Of a stretch of 37,425 nucleotides of DNA, positions 6,873 to 15,439 are shown piece after piece. Location of the stretch: NCBI GenBank assembly GCA_964435085.1, contig CAYSXQ010000005.1, positions 7,765 to 45,189 of the forward strand. Reading direction: 5' to 3'. A program made the translations under genes and the position numbers. The stretch comes from an uncultured Gammaproteobacteria bacterium. Lineage in GTDB: Bacteria > Patescibacteriota > Patescibacteriia > Patescibacteriales > Patescibacteriaceae. Position 1 is the stretch's first letter; each line of letters opens with the position of its first letter. Under the pieces are notes generated by a model. That model made no database searches, had not been told where the DNA came from, and saw only the letters and a list, made by a program, of their open reading frames with translations.

Positions 6873-7697
6873 ATGAGCGAAAACATCAAGGTAATTCAAC
6901 CAAATATCAAATTTCATTGGAGTGATTTTCGTGAACTGCTTGCTTATCGTGAGTTGCTCTACTTTTTAACTTGGCGCGATCTCAAAGTTCGTTATAAGCA
7001 AACCATTATCGGTGTTGCTTGGGTTATTTTTCAGCCTTTTATTACTATGGTAGTTTTCACTATCTTCTTTGGTAATTTTGCCAAAATGCCCACCGACGGA
7101 GCTCCTTATCCCATCTTTGTCTTTATTGGCCTGCTCTTTTGGCAATTTTTTAGCTCAGCGCTTAGTGACATATCCAACTGTCTAGTGGCTAATCAAGGCA
7201 TTATTAGCAAGGTCTATTTCCCGAGGATTATTTTGCCTCTCTCTATGATCCTGACTAGGTTAATCGATTTTTTGGTGGCTTCGGCTATGTTGATTGTGCT
7301 CATGATCTATTACAGTTTTATGCCAAGTTTAATTGGTTTGCTTGTATTTCCAATTCTAATTTTGGTTAGTGCTATTGCGGCTCTGGGTCTAGGTTTATTT
7401 TTCGCTAGCTTAAACGTTAAGTATCGAGATGTTAGGTATGTCTTGCCTTTCTTTATCCAGTTAATGATGTTCGTCACTCCAGTTGTTTATTCTTCCAGTA
7501 TTCTAGGTAGCTATGGCTGGATCTTAGCTCTTAATCCCATGGCTGGAGTTATTAAAACTGCTCGCAGCGAATTATTACAAAGTTACGCCACCAATTGGCT
7601 GCAGTTTACTTTATCAATGTGTGTTTGCGCTCTAGTCTTGATAATAGGCTGGCTGTATTTCCGCCATGAAGAACGCGCTAGCGTTGATACTTTTTAA
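6873..7697 (+). CDS. wzm: ABC-2 type polysaccharide exporter permease (Wzm/TagG-like)
   Basis: 274 aa. The N-terminus ...LLAYRELLYFLTWRDLKVRYKQTIIGVAWVIFQP is the ABC-2 signature, followed by 6 hydrophobic segments. Confidence 0.85.
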   Translation: MSENIKVIQPNIKFHWSDFRELLAYRELLYFLTWRDLKVRYKQTIIGVAWVIFQPFITMVVFTIFFGNFAKMPTDGAPYPIFVFIGLLFWQFFSSALSDISNCLVANQGIISKVYFPRIILPLSMILTRLIDFLVASAMLIVLMIYYSFMPSLIGLLVFPILILVSAIAALGLGLFFASLNVKYRDVRYVLPFFIQLMMFVTPVVYSSSILGSYGWILALNPMAGVIKTARSELLQSYATNWLQFTLSMCVCALVLIIGWLYFRHEERASVDTF

Positions 7698-7698
7698 T

Positions 7699-8934
7699 AT
7701 GTCGATTATTTCAGTGGAAAATTTAAGCAAAAGGTACTTAATTAAACACAATAATGAGGCTTATTTAACTTTGCGTGACAAATTAGCTCATCCTATTAAA
7801 AGCATTCTAGAAAAAAGTTCTGGCAAAAGAGAAGATTTCTGGGCTCTCAATGACGTTTCTTTTGAGGTAGAGGCTGGTGAAGTACTGGGTATTATCGGTC
7901 CCAATGGCTCTGGTAAGTCAACGCTCTTAAGAGTGCTATCTCAAATTACTCCTCCTAGCACAGGACGAGCAATCTTAAGAGGTCGCTCAGCCTCTTTATT
8001 AGAAGTTGGCACCGGCTTTCATCCAGAGTTAACTGGTAAAGAAAACATTTACTTGTCAGGAGTTATTTTGGGTTTAAGTAAGGCTGAAATTAGTAAAAAA
8101 TTTGATGAAATAGTCGATTTTGCAGGAGTTGAAAAATTTCTTGATACACCCGTTAAACGCTACTCTTCTGGTATGGGTGTGCGCCTAGGCTTTGCTGTCG
8201 CTGCTAATCTAAATAGTGATATTTTAATTATTGATGAAGTTCTTGCTGTTGGCGATATTGAATTTCAAAAAAAGTGTCTAAGAAAAATGGATGACATAGC
8301 CAAAAAACAAGGCAGGACCATACTATTTGTTAGTCACGATATGGCTACTGTTACTTCCTTGTGTGAAAAGTGTCTATTTTTACTAAACGGCACTAATAAA
8401 TTTATTGGTCCCACTCAAGATGCTGTTAATTATTATAATAACTATTTTTCTGCTAATGAGATAGTTTTTGATCTGAAGTCTAGACAAGATAGGCAAGGCG
8501 GTGGTGAGTTAAAGTGTACTAAGGCTTGGGTAGAAAATTCTCATGGTCAAGTAGTTAACAGGGTTAAGGTTGGAGAAGATGTTCGTCTAGTTATTCAATA
8601 TCAAAAAATGACCGATATAGATATTAATAACTTATCTGTTAGCATCGCTCTCACTAACGAAGTTGGTCAGCAGCTCAGTGATCTCTCTAATGGAACAGTT
8701 TGGCACAAGGCTCCTGATTCTGGCAAAATTATTTGCCATCTCAAAAAGCTGCCATTAAACATTGGTAATTATTCCTTTAATTCTTCTATTAAAGTTAATG
8801 GAGTTTTAGCGGATGGCGTTACTGGAGTCGCTAATTTTTCGGTCGACAAAGGTGATTTTTTTGGTAATAATTTTTTACCGCACGTTACCCAAGGTTACTT
8901 TTTATTCGATCAATCTTGGGACCTAGTTAATTAA
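7699..8934 (+). CDS. wzt: Polysaccharide ABC exporter ATPase (Wzt/TagH-like) with a C-terminal glycan-binding (Wzt_C-like) extension
   Basis: Walker A is GPNGSGKST, the signature is YSSGMGVRLGF, and Walker B is ILIIDEVLAVGD. About 170 extra C-terminal residues appear beta-rich. The tracked ORF starts at 7666, but ATG 7699 (MSIISVENLSKRY) lies 1 nt after the wzm stop and fits the family N-terminus. Confidence 0.9.
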   Translation: MSIISVENLSKRYLIKHNNEAYLTLRDKLAHPIKSILEKSSGKREDFWALNDVSFEVEAGEVLGIIGPNGSGKSTLLRVLSQITPPSTGRAILRGRSASLLEVGTGFHPELTGKENIYLSGVILGLSKAEISKKFDEIVDFAGVEKFLDTPVKRYSSGMGVRLGFAVAANLNSDILIIDEVLAVGDIEFQKKCLRKMDDIAKKQGRTILFVSHDMATVTSLCEKCLFLLNGTNKFIGPTQDAVNYYNNYFSANEIVFDLKSRQDRQGGGELKCTKAWVENSHGQVVNRVKVGEDVRLVIQYQKMTDIDINNLSVSIALTNEVGQQLSDLSNGTVWHKAPDSGKIICHLKKLPLNIGNYSFNSSIKVNGVLADGVTGVANFSVDKGDFFGNNFLPHVTQGYFLFDQSWDLVN

Positions 8935-8938
8935 ATTT

Positions 8939-9691
8939 ATGATCAGACAATACATACTTAATTTCTTTCCTTGGCTCAGGAGCTTAAAAAAAATTTATTT
9001 AACGCTTCTTTCTAATTATAGAATGTTTCAGCCTCAGCATTCCTATTCTCAAACTGGCGAAGACTTGTTAATCAAAAATATTTTATCCAATCTTCATATC
9101 GCTAAGCCGAACTATTTAGATATTGGAGCCTACCATCCAATTTATCTTTCTAACACTTATCTATTTTACAAACTAGGTGGTCGAGGTGTGCTAATCGAAC
9201 CTGATCCTTTAAGAGCAAAAATATTTTCACGCACTAGGCCGGGTGATATTTTTATTAATGCCGGAGTAGGTGATAAGGATGAAATCATGGATTATTACCA
9301 GCTCGATGCTCTAAGTACTTTTTCTCAGCTAGAAAAGGAACAAATGGAAGGCAAAGGCTATCAATTTGGTAAATCACTAAAAGTGTCGGTTATTGCTATT
9401 AACAATATTTTACAGCGCTACTTTTCTGATCGGCCGCTAGACTTACTTAGTATTGATACAGAAGGTTATGAAATGACCATTTTTCAAGCTTGGAATTTTG
9501 CTCAGTATCGCCCTAAGATCATTTGTGTTGAAGCTGTTGAACACTCACCAAATTTATTTCTAGTTAAGAAAAGCCAAGAAGTTATTGATTTTTTACAATC
9601 CAGAGGTTATTCTATCCTTTGTGATACGGTCAATAATCTTATTCTGGTTGATAGTTATCTCATTGAGGCTGAGCAAAAAAATAATCTATGA
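8939..9691 (+). CDS. FkbM-family SAM-dependent methyltransferase
   Basis: 250 aa with YSQTGEDLLI, YLDIGAYHP, VLIEPDP and LLSIDTEGYE, which are the FkbM pattern. Confidence 0.8.
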   Translation: MIRQYILNFFPWLRSLKKIYLTLLSNYRMFQPQHSYSQTGEDLLIKNILSNLHIAKPNYLDIGAYHPIYLSNTYLFYKLGGRGVLIEPDPLRAKIFSRTRPGDIFINAGVGDKDEIMDYYQLDALSTFSQLEKEQMEGKGYQFGKSLKVSVIAINNILQRYFSDRPLDLLSIDTEGYEMTIFQAWNFAQYRPKIICVEAVEHSPNLFLVKKSQEVIDFLQSRGYSILCDTVNNLILVDSYLIEAEQKNNL

Positions 9692-10596
9692 TAGTTGTTA
9701 AAGTAAGAGGCGGTATGGCCAATCAAATGTTCCCTTACGCTTGCGCCAAAGCTTTGTCTTTACGCATGGGAACAAATCTAAAAATTGATGCTAGGGGATA
9801 CTCCGATAATATTGAGCCTGATATTATCAGTCAAAGATTATACGGGCTAAAATGTTTTAAAATAACTTCTCCTTTAGCGGAGGACAAGGATTTGTTACAT
9901 TGGTTTGATCGCTCACTAATAAAAAAACTCAAAAGATTATACGATAGATTTAAGCCTTATTACACCAGAGAACACATTATCGAGCCGCTGTCGAACGTGG
10001 TCTACCGAGACCCTAACATCTATTTACTAAAAACTGACAAGAATATTTATCTGCAAGGCGACTTTAATTCTTACAGAAATTTTATTGACTATGAAGCAGA
10101 AATAAGACAAGAATTTGAATTTTCCATTGAGCCGTCCCTAGAAAATAAAAAAATTATTGATGAAATGAGTCAAGTTAATTCTGTGGCCATCCACTTTAGG
10201 CGAGGGATAGTTTTAGAAACTAATAGTAATTATTTAGTTCTGCCTCTAGACTATTATTTAAAGGCCATCGAATATATTATCAGTAAGGTGCCCGAGCCAT
10301 CTTTTTATCTTTTCTCTGATGATCCGAAATGGGTTAAGGACAACATTAAAATTCCTGCTTTTCCTGTTAAAATAATTGATCATAATGATCAGCGACATAG
10401 TTATGAGGATCTGCGTTTAATGTCTGCTTGCAAGCATGTTATTATGGCTAATAGCGGCTTTAGTTGGTGGGCGGCTTGGCTAGGAAAAAAGCCTAATCAA
10501 ATAGTTATTGCTCCTAAGCATTTTTGGAAAAATGATATTTATGATGTAATAAGTAGTGACTTTTATCCCGAAGACTGGGTTAAGCTTTGGTTTTAA
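9688..10596 (+). CDS. GT11-family glycosyltransferase (alpha-1,2-fucosyltransferase family), divergent paralogue
   Basis: 302 aa with RGGMANQMFPYA (family motif GGLGNQMFQYA), HFRRGIV (family motif HxRRGDY, here lacking the DY) and ANSGFSWWAAWL. Its ATG overlaps the upstream stop (ATGA). Confidence 0.8.
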   Translation: MIVVKVRGGMANQMFPYACAKALSLRMGTNLKIDARGYSDNIEPDIISQRLYGLKCFKITSPLAEDKDLLHWFDRSLIKKLKRLYDRFKPYYTREHIIEPLSNVVYRDPNIYLLKTDKNIYLQGDFNSYRNFIDYEAEIRQEFEFSIEPSLENKKIIDEMSQVNSVAIHFRRGIVLETNSNYLVLPLDYYLKAIEYIISKVPEPSFYLFSDDPKWVKDNIKIPAFPVKIIDHNDQRHSYEDLRLMSACKHVIMANSGFSWWAAWLGKKPNQIVIAPKHFWKNDIYDVISSDFYPEDWVKLWF

Positions 10597-10605
10597 TATC
10601 TTTTT

Positions 10606-12516
10606 ATGTGCGGTATCAGTGGTATCTGGAAAATTTTCGCAACAGTTGAGCAATCAGATATTGCTACTTTTAATAATTCTATGCAGCATCGCGGTCCTGA
10701 TGGCGAGGCTTATTTTATCGATGCTGAAAACAGCTTGGCCCTGGGTCATAGAAGACTGGCCCTACTGGATTTGTCGGATAAGGCCAAGCAGCCCATGGAC
10801 TATCTGAGTAGATATACAATAACTTTTAATGGTGAAATTTTTAATTTTATTGAATTGCGTGAGGACTTGAAAACTTTAGGCTATACTTTTAATTCTGATA
10901 GCGATACGGAAGTTGTCTTAGCTGCCTACGATGCTTGGGGTAAAGATTGTTTAAAAAAATTCAATGGTATGTGGGCTTTTGCGCTCTGGGATGCTAGAGA
11001 TAAGAAAATGTTTTTGGCTAGAGATCGTTTTGGTGTTAAGCCTTTGTACTATTGTCAGCAAGCTAATGATTTTTTTGCTTTTGCTTCAGAGACCATAGCT
11101 TTTAAAAACTTAAAGGGCTATCAAAGGCAATTTGATGAGACCAAGCTAAAGATTGCCATTAGCGATGCTATGGCGCTTGAGGGGTCGGGACATACAATCT
11201 TTAAGGACATCTATCAGCTACTACCTGGTCATTATCTAGAAATGGACAGGCCATCTCAAGTAGTTCAACAACTGCGTTGGTGGAATACTTTTGATAATTT
11301 AATCTCTCCTGATCGAGATTATAATGCGCAAGTTAGTCGTTTTAAAGAACTATTTCTCGATGCTTGTAAAATTAGGTTGCGTAGTGATGTGCCGATTGCT
11401 ACTGCTTTAAGTGGTGGAGTTGATTCCACGGCTGTTTATTCAGCTCTTAATCACTTAGTGGCCACTAAAGATATTAATAGAGCGCCCAAAGATTGTCATG
11501 GCGCTTACTCAGCCATTTTCCCAGGATCGGCTAATGATGAAAAAATTTTTGCTCAAGCCGCAGCTGATCACTTCAGTCAAGCTGCCTCTTTCGTTGAATT
11601 TAATCAATCAGATTTGGTGGACAGAATTATTAAGTCGACGGTTTTGTTTGATGCTATTTATTTTTCACCTATTATCATCGCTTCTGATGTTTATGGGGCT
11701 ATGTATCGTGATGGTATCCGAGTATCACTTGATGGACATGGCGCTGATGAAATGATGTATGGCTATACATTTTTGTTGAAGGATCTTTATGAGTACTACT
11801 CTTGCTTTGATAGTTCTTATGCTAAAGAGATAGCATTAATTTATCAGCAAACACAAGCTTCAAATGATACAATGGCCCTGAGCAACTTAGCCCCCGCTAG
11901 TAAAAAGGAGTGTCTGCAATACACTTTAAAAAAATACTATCACTTAGTGCCGCAAAGCCTCAAGAAAATTTATCGACACTTAGTTTTAGGTAACTACAAC
12001 AGTATTAGCAGTTTGAGTAATGACCCTTATGATTTTTCCAACTTAGCCTTACCTGAAAGGATGCTAGCTGACATGTTTCACTCAGGGACTTTGCCTACTA
12101 TTCTTAGAAACTTCGATCGAGCTTCTATGCAGTCTAGTATTGAGACAAGAATGCCCTTTATGGATTATCGTTTAGTGCAGTATGTTTTTTCTTTGCCACC
12201 ACAAAGTAAATTGGGCGAGGGCTACACCAAAAGAATTCTGCGTGATGCTATGCTTGGTATTATGCCGGAAGCAATCAGGACTAGAAAGTCCAAGATCGGT
12301 CTCAATGCTCCATTAGCTGACTGGTTCAATGGTCCTCTGGCTAAGTTTTTACTAGATAATGTTAGCTCTGTCGATTTTATCAACAGTCCTTATTGGAATG
12401 GCTCAGAAATTAGGGGCTTGGTTGAAAGAAATACCAAAGAAAAGTTGTGGGATGAGCATAATTGTTATGCAATTTGGCAGCTTATTAATGCTCATATTTT
12501 GATAACTAATAATTAA
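10606..12516 (+). CDS. Asparagine synthase (glutamine-hydrolysing)-like amidotransferase
   Basis: 636 aa. The N-terminus MCGISGIW carries the Ntn catalytic Cys2, the PP-loop is SGGVDSTAV, and the AsnB-type C-terminal region is present. This type is common as a sugar amidotransferase in glycan loci. Confidence 0.85.
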   Translation: MCGISGIWKIFATVEQSDIATFNNSMQHRGPDGEAYFIDAENSLALGHRRLALLDLSDKAKQPMDYLSRYTITFNGEIFNFIELREDLKTLGYTFNSDSDTEVVLAAYDAWGKDCLKKFNGMWAFALWDARDKKMFLARDRFGVKPLYYCQQANDFFAFASETIAFKNLKGYQRQFDETKLKIAISDAMALEGSGHTIFKDIYQLLPGHYLEMDRPSQVVQQLRWWNTFDNLISPDRDYNAQVSRFKELFLDACKIRLRSDVPIATALSGGVDSTAVYSALNHLVATKDINRAPKDCHGAYSAIFPGSANDEKIFAQAAADHFSQAASFVEFNQSDLVDRIIKSTVLFDAIYFSPIIIASDVYGAMYRDGIRVSLDGHGADEMMYGYTFLLKDLYEYYSCFDSSYAKEIALIYQQTQASNDTMALSNLAPASKKECLQYTLKKYYHLVPQSLKKIYRHLVLGNYNSISSLSNDPYDFSNLALPERMLADMFHSGTLPTILRNFDRASMQSSIETRMPFMDYRLVQYVFSLPPQSKLGEGYTKRILRDAMLGIMPEAIRTRKSKIGLNAPLADWFNGPLAKFLLDNVSSVDFINSPYWNGSEIRGLVERNTKEKLWDEHNCYAIWQLINAHILITNN

Positions 12517-12517
12517 T

Positions 12518-13540
12518 ATGCATATAATTAAATTTGCCGTCATTGGTTTTGGTAATATAGGCAGTCGACATTGTGCTGTTATTGATGCTAATGACAAGGC
12601 TGAATTAGTGGCTGTTTGTGATACGGATTCTGCCAAACAGGCTATAGTAGCTAAGCTCTATCCAGAAGTAAAATTTTTTAACGATCACCAAGAGATGATG
12701 GATTCTTGCGAGCTAGATGTTGTCAGTATCTGCACGCCTCATGACTTGCATGCCGATATGGCGGTAGCAGTAGCTCGTCATAAAATCAACATTTTGGTAG
12801 AAAAACCCATGGCTTTAACTAGCGCTGATTGCCAAAGAATGATCGAAGCAGCTGATATCAACAGGGTTAAATTAACCGTGGTTAAGCAAAATCGTTTTAA
12901 TGTGCCAGTTGCTCTAGTTCGTCAACTCATCAATGATGATTCTTTGGGACAGATTTATCAAATTCAATGTAATGTTTTTTGGAACAGAAACCCAGAATAC
13001 TATTCCTTATCTGATTGGAGGGGCAAGAAGAGTAGGGAAGGCGGTTGCCTCTATACTCAGGTGAGTCATTTTGTAGATCTAATTTTGTGGTTATTTGGAG
13101 ATGTTGAGCTTGTTAGCGCTGAGCTTGCTCGCTTCAAGCAGTTAGTTAACATTGAAGATTGCGGTGTGGCTCATTTAAAATTTAAAAGCGGAGCTCTTGG
13201 CAGTTTAAATTGGACCACTGATGTTCATCTAAAAAATTACGAAGGTAGTATTACTATCTTTGCGGAGAAAGGTTCTATTAAAATTGGCGGCGAGTATCTC
13301 AATAAATTAGATTTTTTTGATGTGCAAGGTTTTGCTATGCCCGATGAAAAATTATTCAATGACAAGCCTAATAGCTACGGTAAATATCAGGGGACTAGTT
13401 CGAACCATGATAAAGTTATTGAACAACTAATTTTATTGCTCTCTGAAGACCATTCGGAGGTAGTATTTGGTGAAGAAGGCAAAAAAACTGTTGAGTTTAT
13501 TGAGTCAATTTATCAGCATTCAAATTATAAGGACTTATGA
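12518..13540 (+). CDS. Gfo/Idh/MocA-family NAD-dependent sugar oxidoreductase (WbpB-like)
   Basis: 340 aa. The N-terminal Rossmann motif is KFAVIGFGNIGSRH, and EKPMALT is typical of the family. Confidence 0.8.
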   Translation: MHIIKFAVIGFGNIGSRHCAVIDANDKAELVAVCDTDSAKQAIVAKLYPEVKFFNDHQEMMDSCELDVVSICTPHDLHADMAVAVARHKINILVEKPMALTSADCQRMIEAADINRVKLTVVKQNRFNVPVALVRQLINDDSLGQIYQIQCNVFWNRNPEYYSLSDWRGKKSREGGCLYTQVSHFVDLILWLFGDVELVSAELARFKQLVNIEDCGVAHLKFKSGALGSLNWTTDVHLKNYEGSITIFAEKGSIKIGGEYLNKLDFFDVQGFAMPDEKLFNDKPNSYGKYQGTSSNHDKVIEQLILLLSEDHSEVVFGEEGKKTVEFIESIYQHSNYKDL

Positions 13541-14280
13541 AAAAAATTTACTTTTTAGGGGCTAAAGCAATCGGCTACAACTGCTTAAAATATCTACTAG
13601 ATAATAAAAATCAACTGAATTTAGAAATATCAGCCGTTTTTACTAATAGCAAAGCGGGTCCTCAAGATTTTTCTAATCTTGTTAGTCTGTGCCAAGCTAA
13701 TCATTTAGAGCTTCATGACAATATTGACGATATTTTGCAGTTGCCAACAGCTGATTATATTATTTCGGTTCAATATCATCAAATCTTACGCCAGCAGCAT
13801 CTTGCTCGAGCAACTACTTTAGCCATCAATTTACATATGGCACCCTTGCCAGAGTACCGAGGTTGTAATCAGTTCAGTTGGGCTATTATTAACTGTGATC
13901 ATGAATTTGGTACAACTCTTCACGTCATGACTAGTGGCATTGATGATGGTGATATCATTGCTGAGCAAAGATTTTTCATTCCTGAAAATTGTTGGGTCAA
14001 AGATCTCTATCAATTAACCGTGGATAGGTCTTATCAGTTATTTACAGAAGCTATTCCTGAAATCATGAACGGTAATTTTACAGCTAAGCCTCAGCAAGAC
14101 TACGTAGATCGAAAGGGTTCTTTTCATCTGAGAAAGGACATTGAGTTGCTGAAGGAGATTAATTTAAATTGGCCTGCAGAAAAAATAGAACGGCATCTTC
14201 GAGCAACCTTAATGCCTGGCTTTGATGCTCCCTACTTTCTTCTTAATGGCAAAAAAATTATCTTATCCCTCGACAAGTAA
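13537..14280 (+). CDS. Sugar N-formyltransferase (Formyl_trans_N family)
   Basis: 247 aa. NLHMAPLPEYRGCNQFSWAIIN...GTTLHVMTSGIDDGDII matches the H-x-S/A-LLP-x-x-RG and catalytic Asp pattern. Its ATG overlaps the upstream stop (ATGA). Confidence 0.75.
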   Translation: MKKIYFLGAKAIGYNCLKYLLDNKNQLNLEISAVFTNSKAGPQDFSNLVSLCQANHLELHDNIDDILQLPTADYIISVQYHQILRQQHLARATTLAINLHMAPLPEYRGCNQFSWAIINCDHEFGTTLHVMTSGIDDGDIIAEQRFFIPENCWVKDLYQLTVDRSYQLFTEAIPEIMNGNFTAKPQQDYVDRKGSFHLRKDIELLKEINLNWPAEKIERHLRATLMPGFDAPYFLLNGKKIILSLDK

Positions 14281-14329
14281 CCTCTTTAATAATCATTAAA
14301 ATTTACAAAAATTAGCATATTTAAAAAAT

Positions 14330-15439
14330 ATGAAAATCCCCTTAGTCGATCTTACTAAGCAGTACCATGCAATTAAAGAGGAGATAGACGCTGCTATCTT
14401 CAGAGTTATTAATAGCGCTCATTTCATTGGCGGCTCAGAAGTATCTTCTTTTGAGCAGGAATTTGCTAATTATTTGGCTGTATCCAATTTTATTGCTGTG
14501 GCTAATGGCACTGATGCGCTAGAAATAGTTTTAGAGTCTTTTGATTTTCCTGAGGCCAGTGAAGTAATTGTTCCCGCTAATACTTTTATTGCTGACAGTG
14601 AAGCTGTATCTAGGTGTGGCTATAAAGTTGTTTTTTGTGATTGTGGTGAGGATTATTTAATCGATTATGATAAAATTGAAAATTTAATTACTGAAAAAAC
14701 CAAAGCCATCATTGCTGTTCATCTCTATGGCCTGCCTTGTGATATGGATAAGTTGCAACTAATTTGCACTAAGTATCATTTGAAATTAATTGAAGACTGC
14801 TCTCAAGCTCATGGCGCCAAATATCACGATCTTAAAGTTGGTGGACTTGGTGATGCTGCTGTTTTTAGTTTTTATCCTGGTAAAAATTTAGGGGCTTACG
14901 GTGACGCTGGTGGCATAGCAACTAATTATCATGAACTTGCTAAAAAATGCAGAATGATTGCTAATCATGGTCGCCTTGATAGTAAGTATAATCACTACAT
15001 TGAGGGGCGCAATTCTCGTTTAGATGCTATTCAGTCAGCCGTACTCGGAGTAAAATTAAAGTACTTAGATAGTTGGATTGAGAAAAAAAACCAATTAACC
15101 CAGGTCTATTTTAATAGTTTACAGGATTTGAGTTCAGTGACCTTGCCTATTTTATATTCTGACAGGTTTCATGGCTACCATCTGTTTGTTGTTAGAGCGC
15201 ATCGCAGAGATGAGCTGAAGCAACATCTGTATGGTAGAGGTATTGAAAGCGGTATTCATTACCCCATGGCTTTGCCTACGCTAGCTGCTTATGATCATCA
15301 ACATTTCAATCAGTCTGATTTTGTTAATGCTATCACTTACTCAAAAGAAATTATCTCCTTACCACTTTACCCAGAAATATCCGAAGAAGAGGTCCTATGC
15401 ATTACCCAGGAAATAAAAAATTTCTATGAGCAAGATTAA
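14330..15439 (+). CDS. DegT/DnrJ/EryC1/StrS-family PLP-dependent sugar aminotransferase
   Basis: 369 aa with IPLVDLTKQY...FIGG..V..FE.EFA, NGTDALE, and the lysine motif SFYPGKNLGAYGDAG. Confidence 0.9.
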   Translation: MKIPLVDLTKQYHAIKEEIDAAIFRVINSAHFIGGSEVSSFEQEFANYLAVSNFIAVANGTDALEIVLESFDFPEASEVIVPANTFIADSEAVSRCGYKVVFCDCGEDYLIDYDKIENLITEKTKAIIAVHLYGLPCDMDKLQLICTKYHLKLIEDCSQAHGAKYHDLKVGGLGDAAVFSFYPGKNLGAYGDAGGIATNYHELAKKCRMIANHGRLDSKYNHYIEGRNSRLDAIQSAVLGVKLKYLDSWIEKKNQLTQVYFNSLQDLSSVTLPILYSDRFHGYHLFVVRAHRRDELKQHLYGRGIESGIHYPMALPTLAAYDHQHFNQSDFVNAITYSKEIISLPLYPEISEEEVLCITQEIKNFYEQD

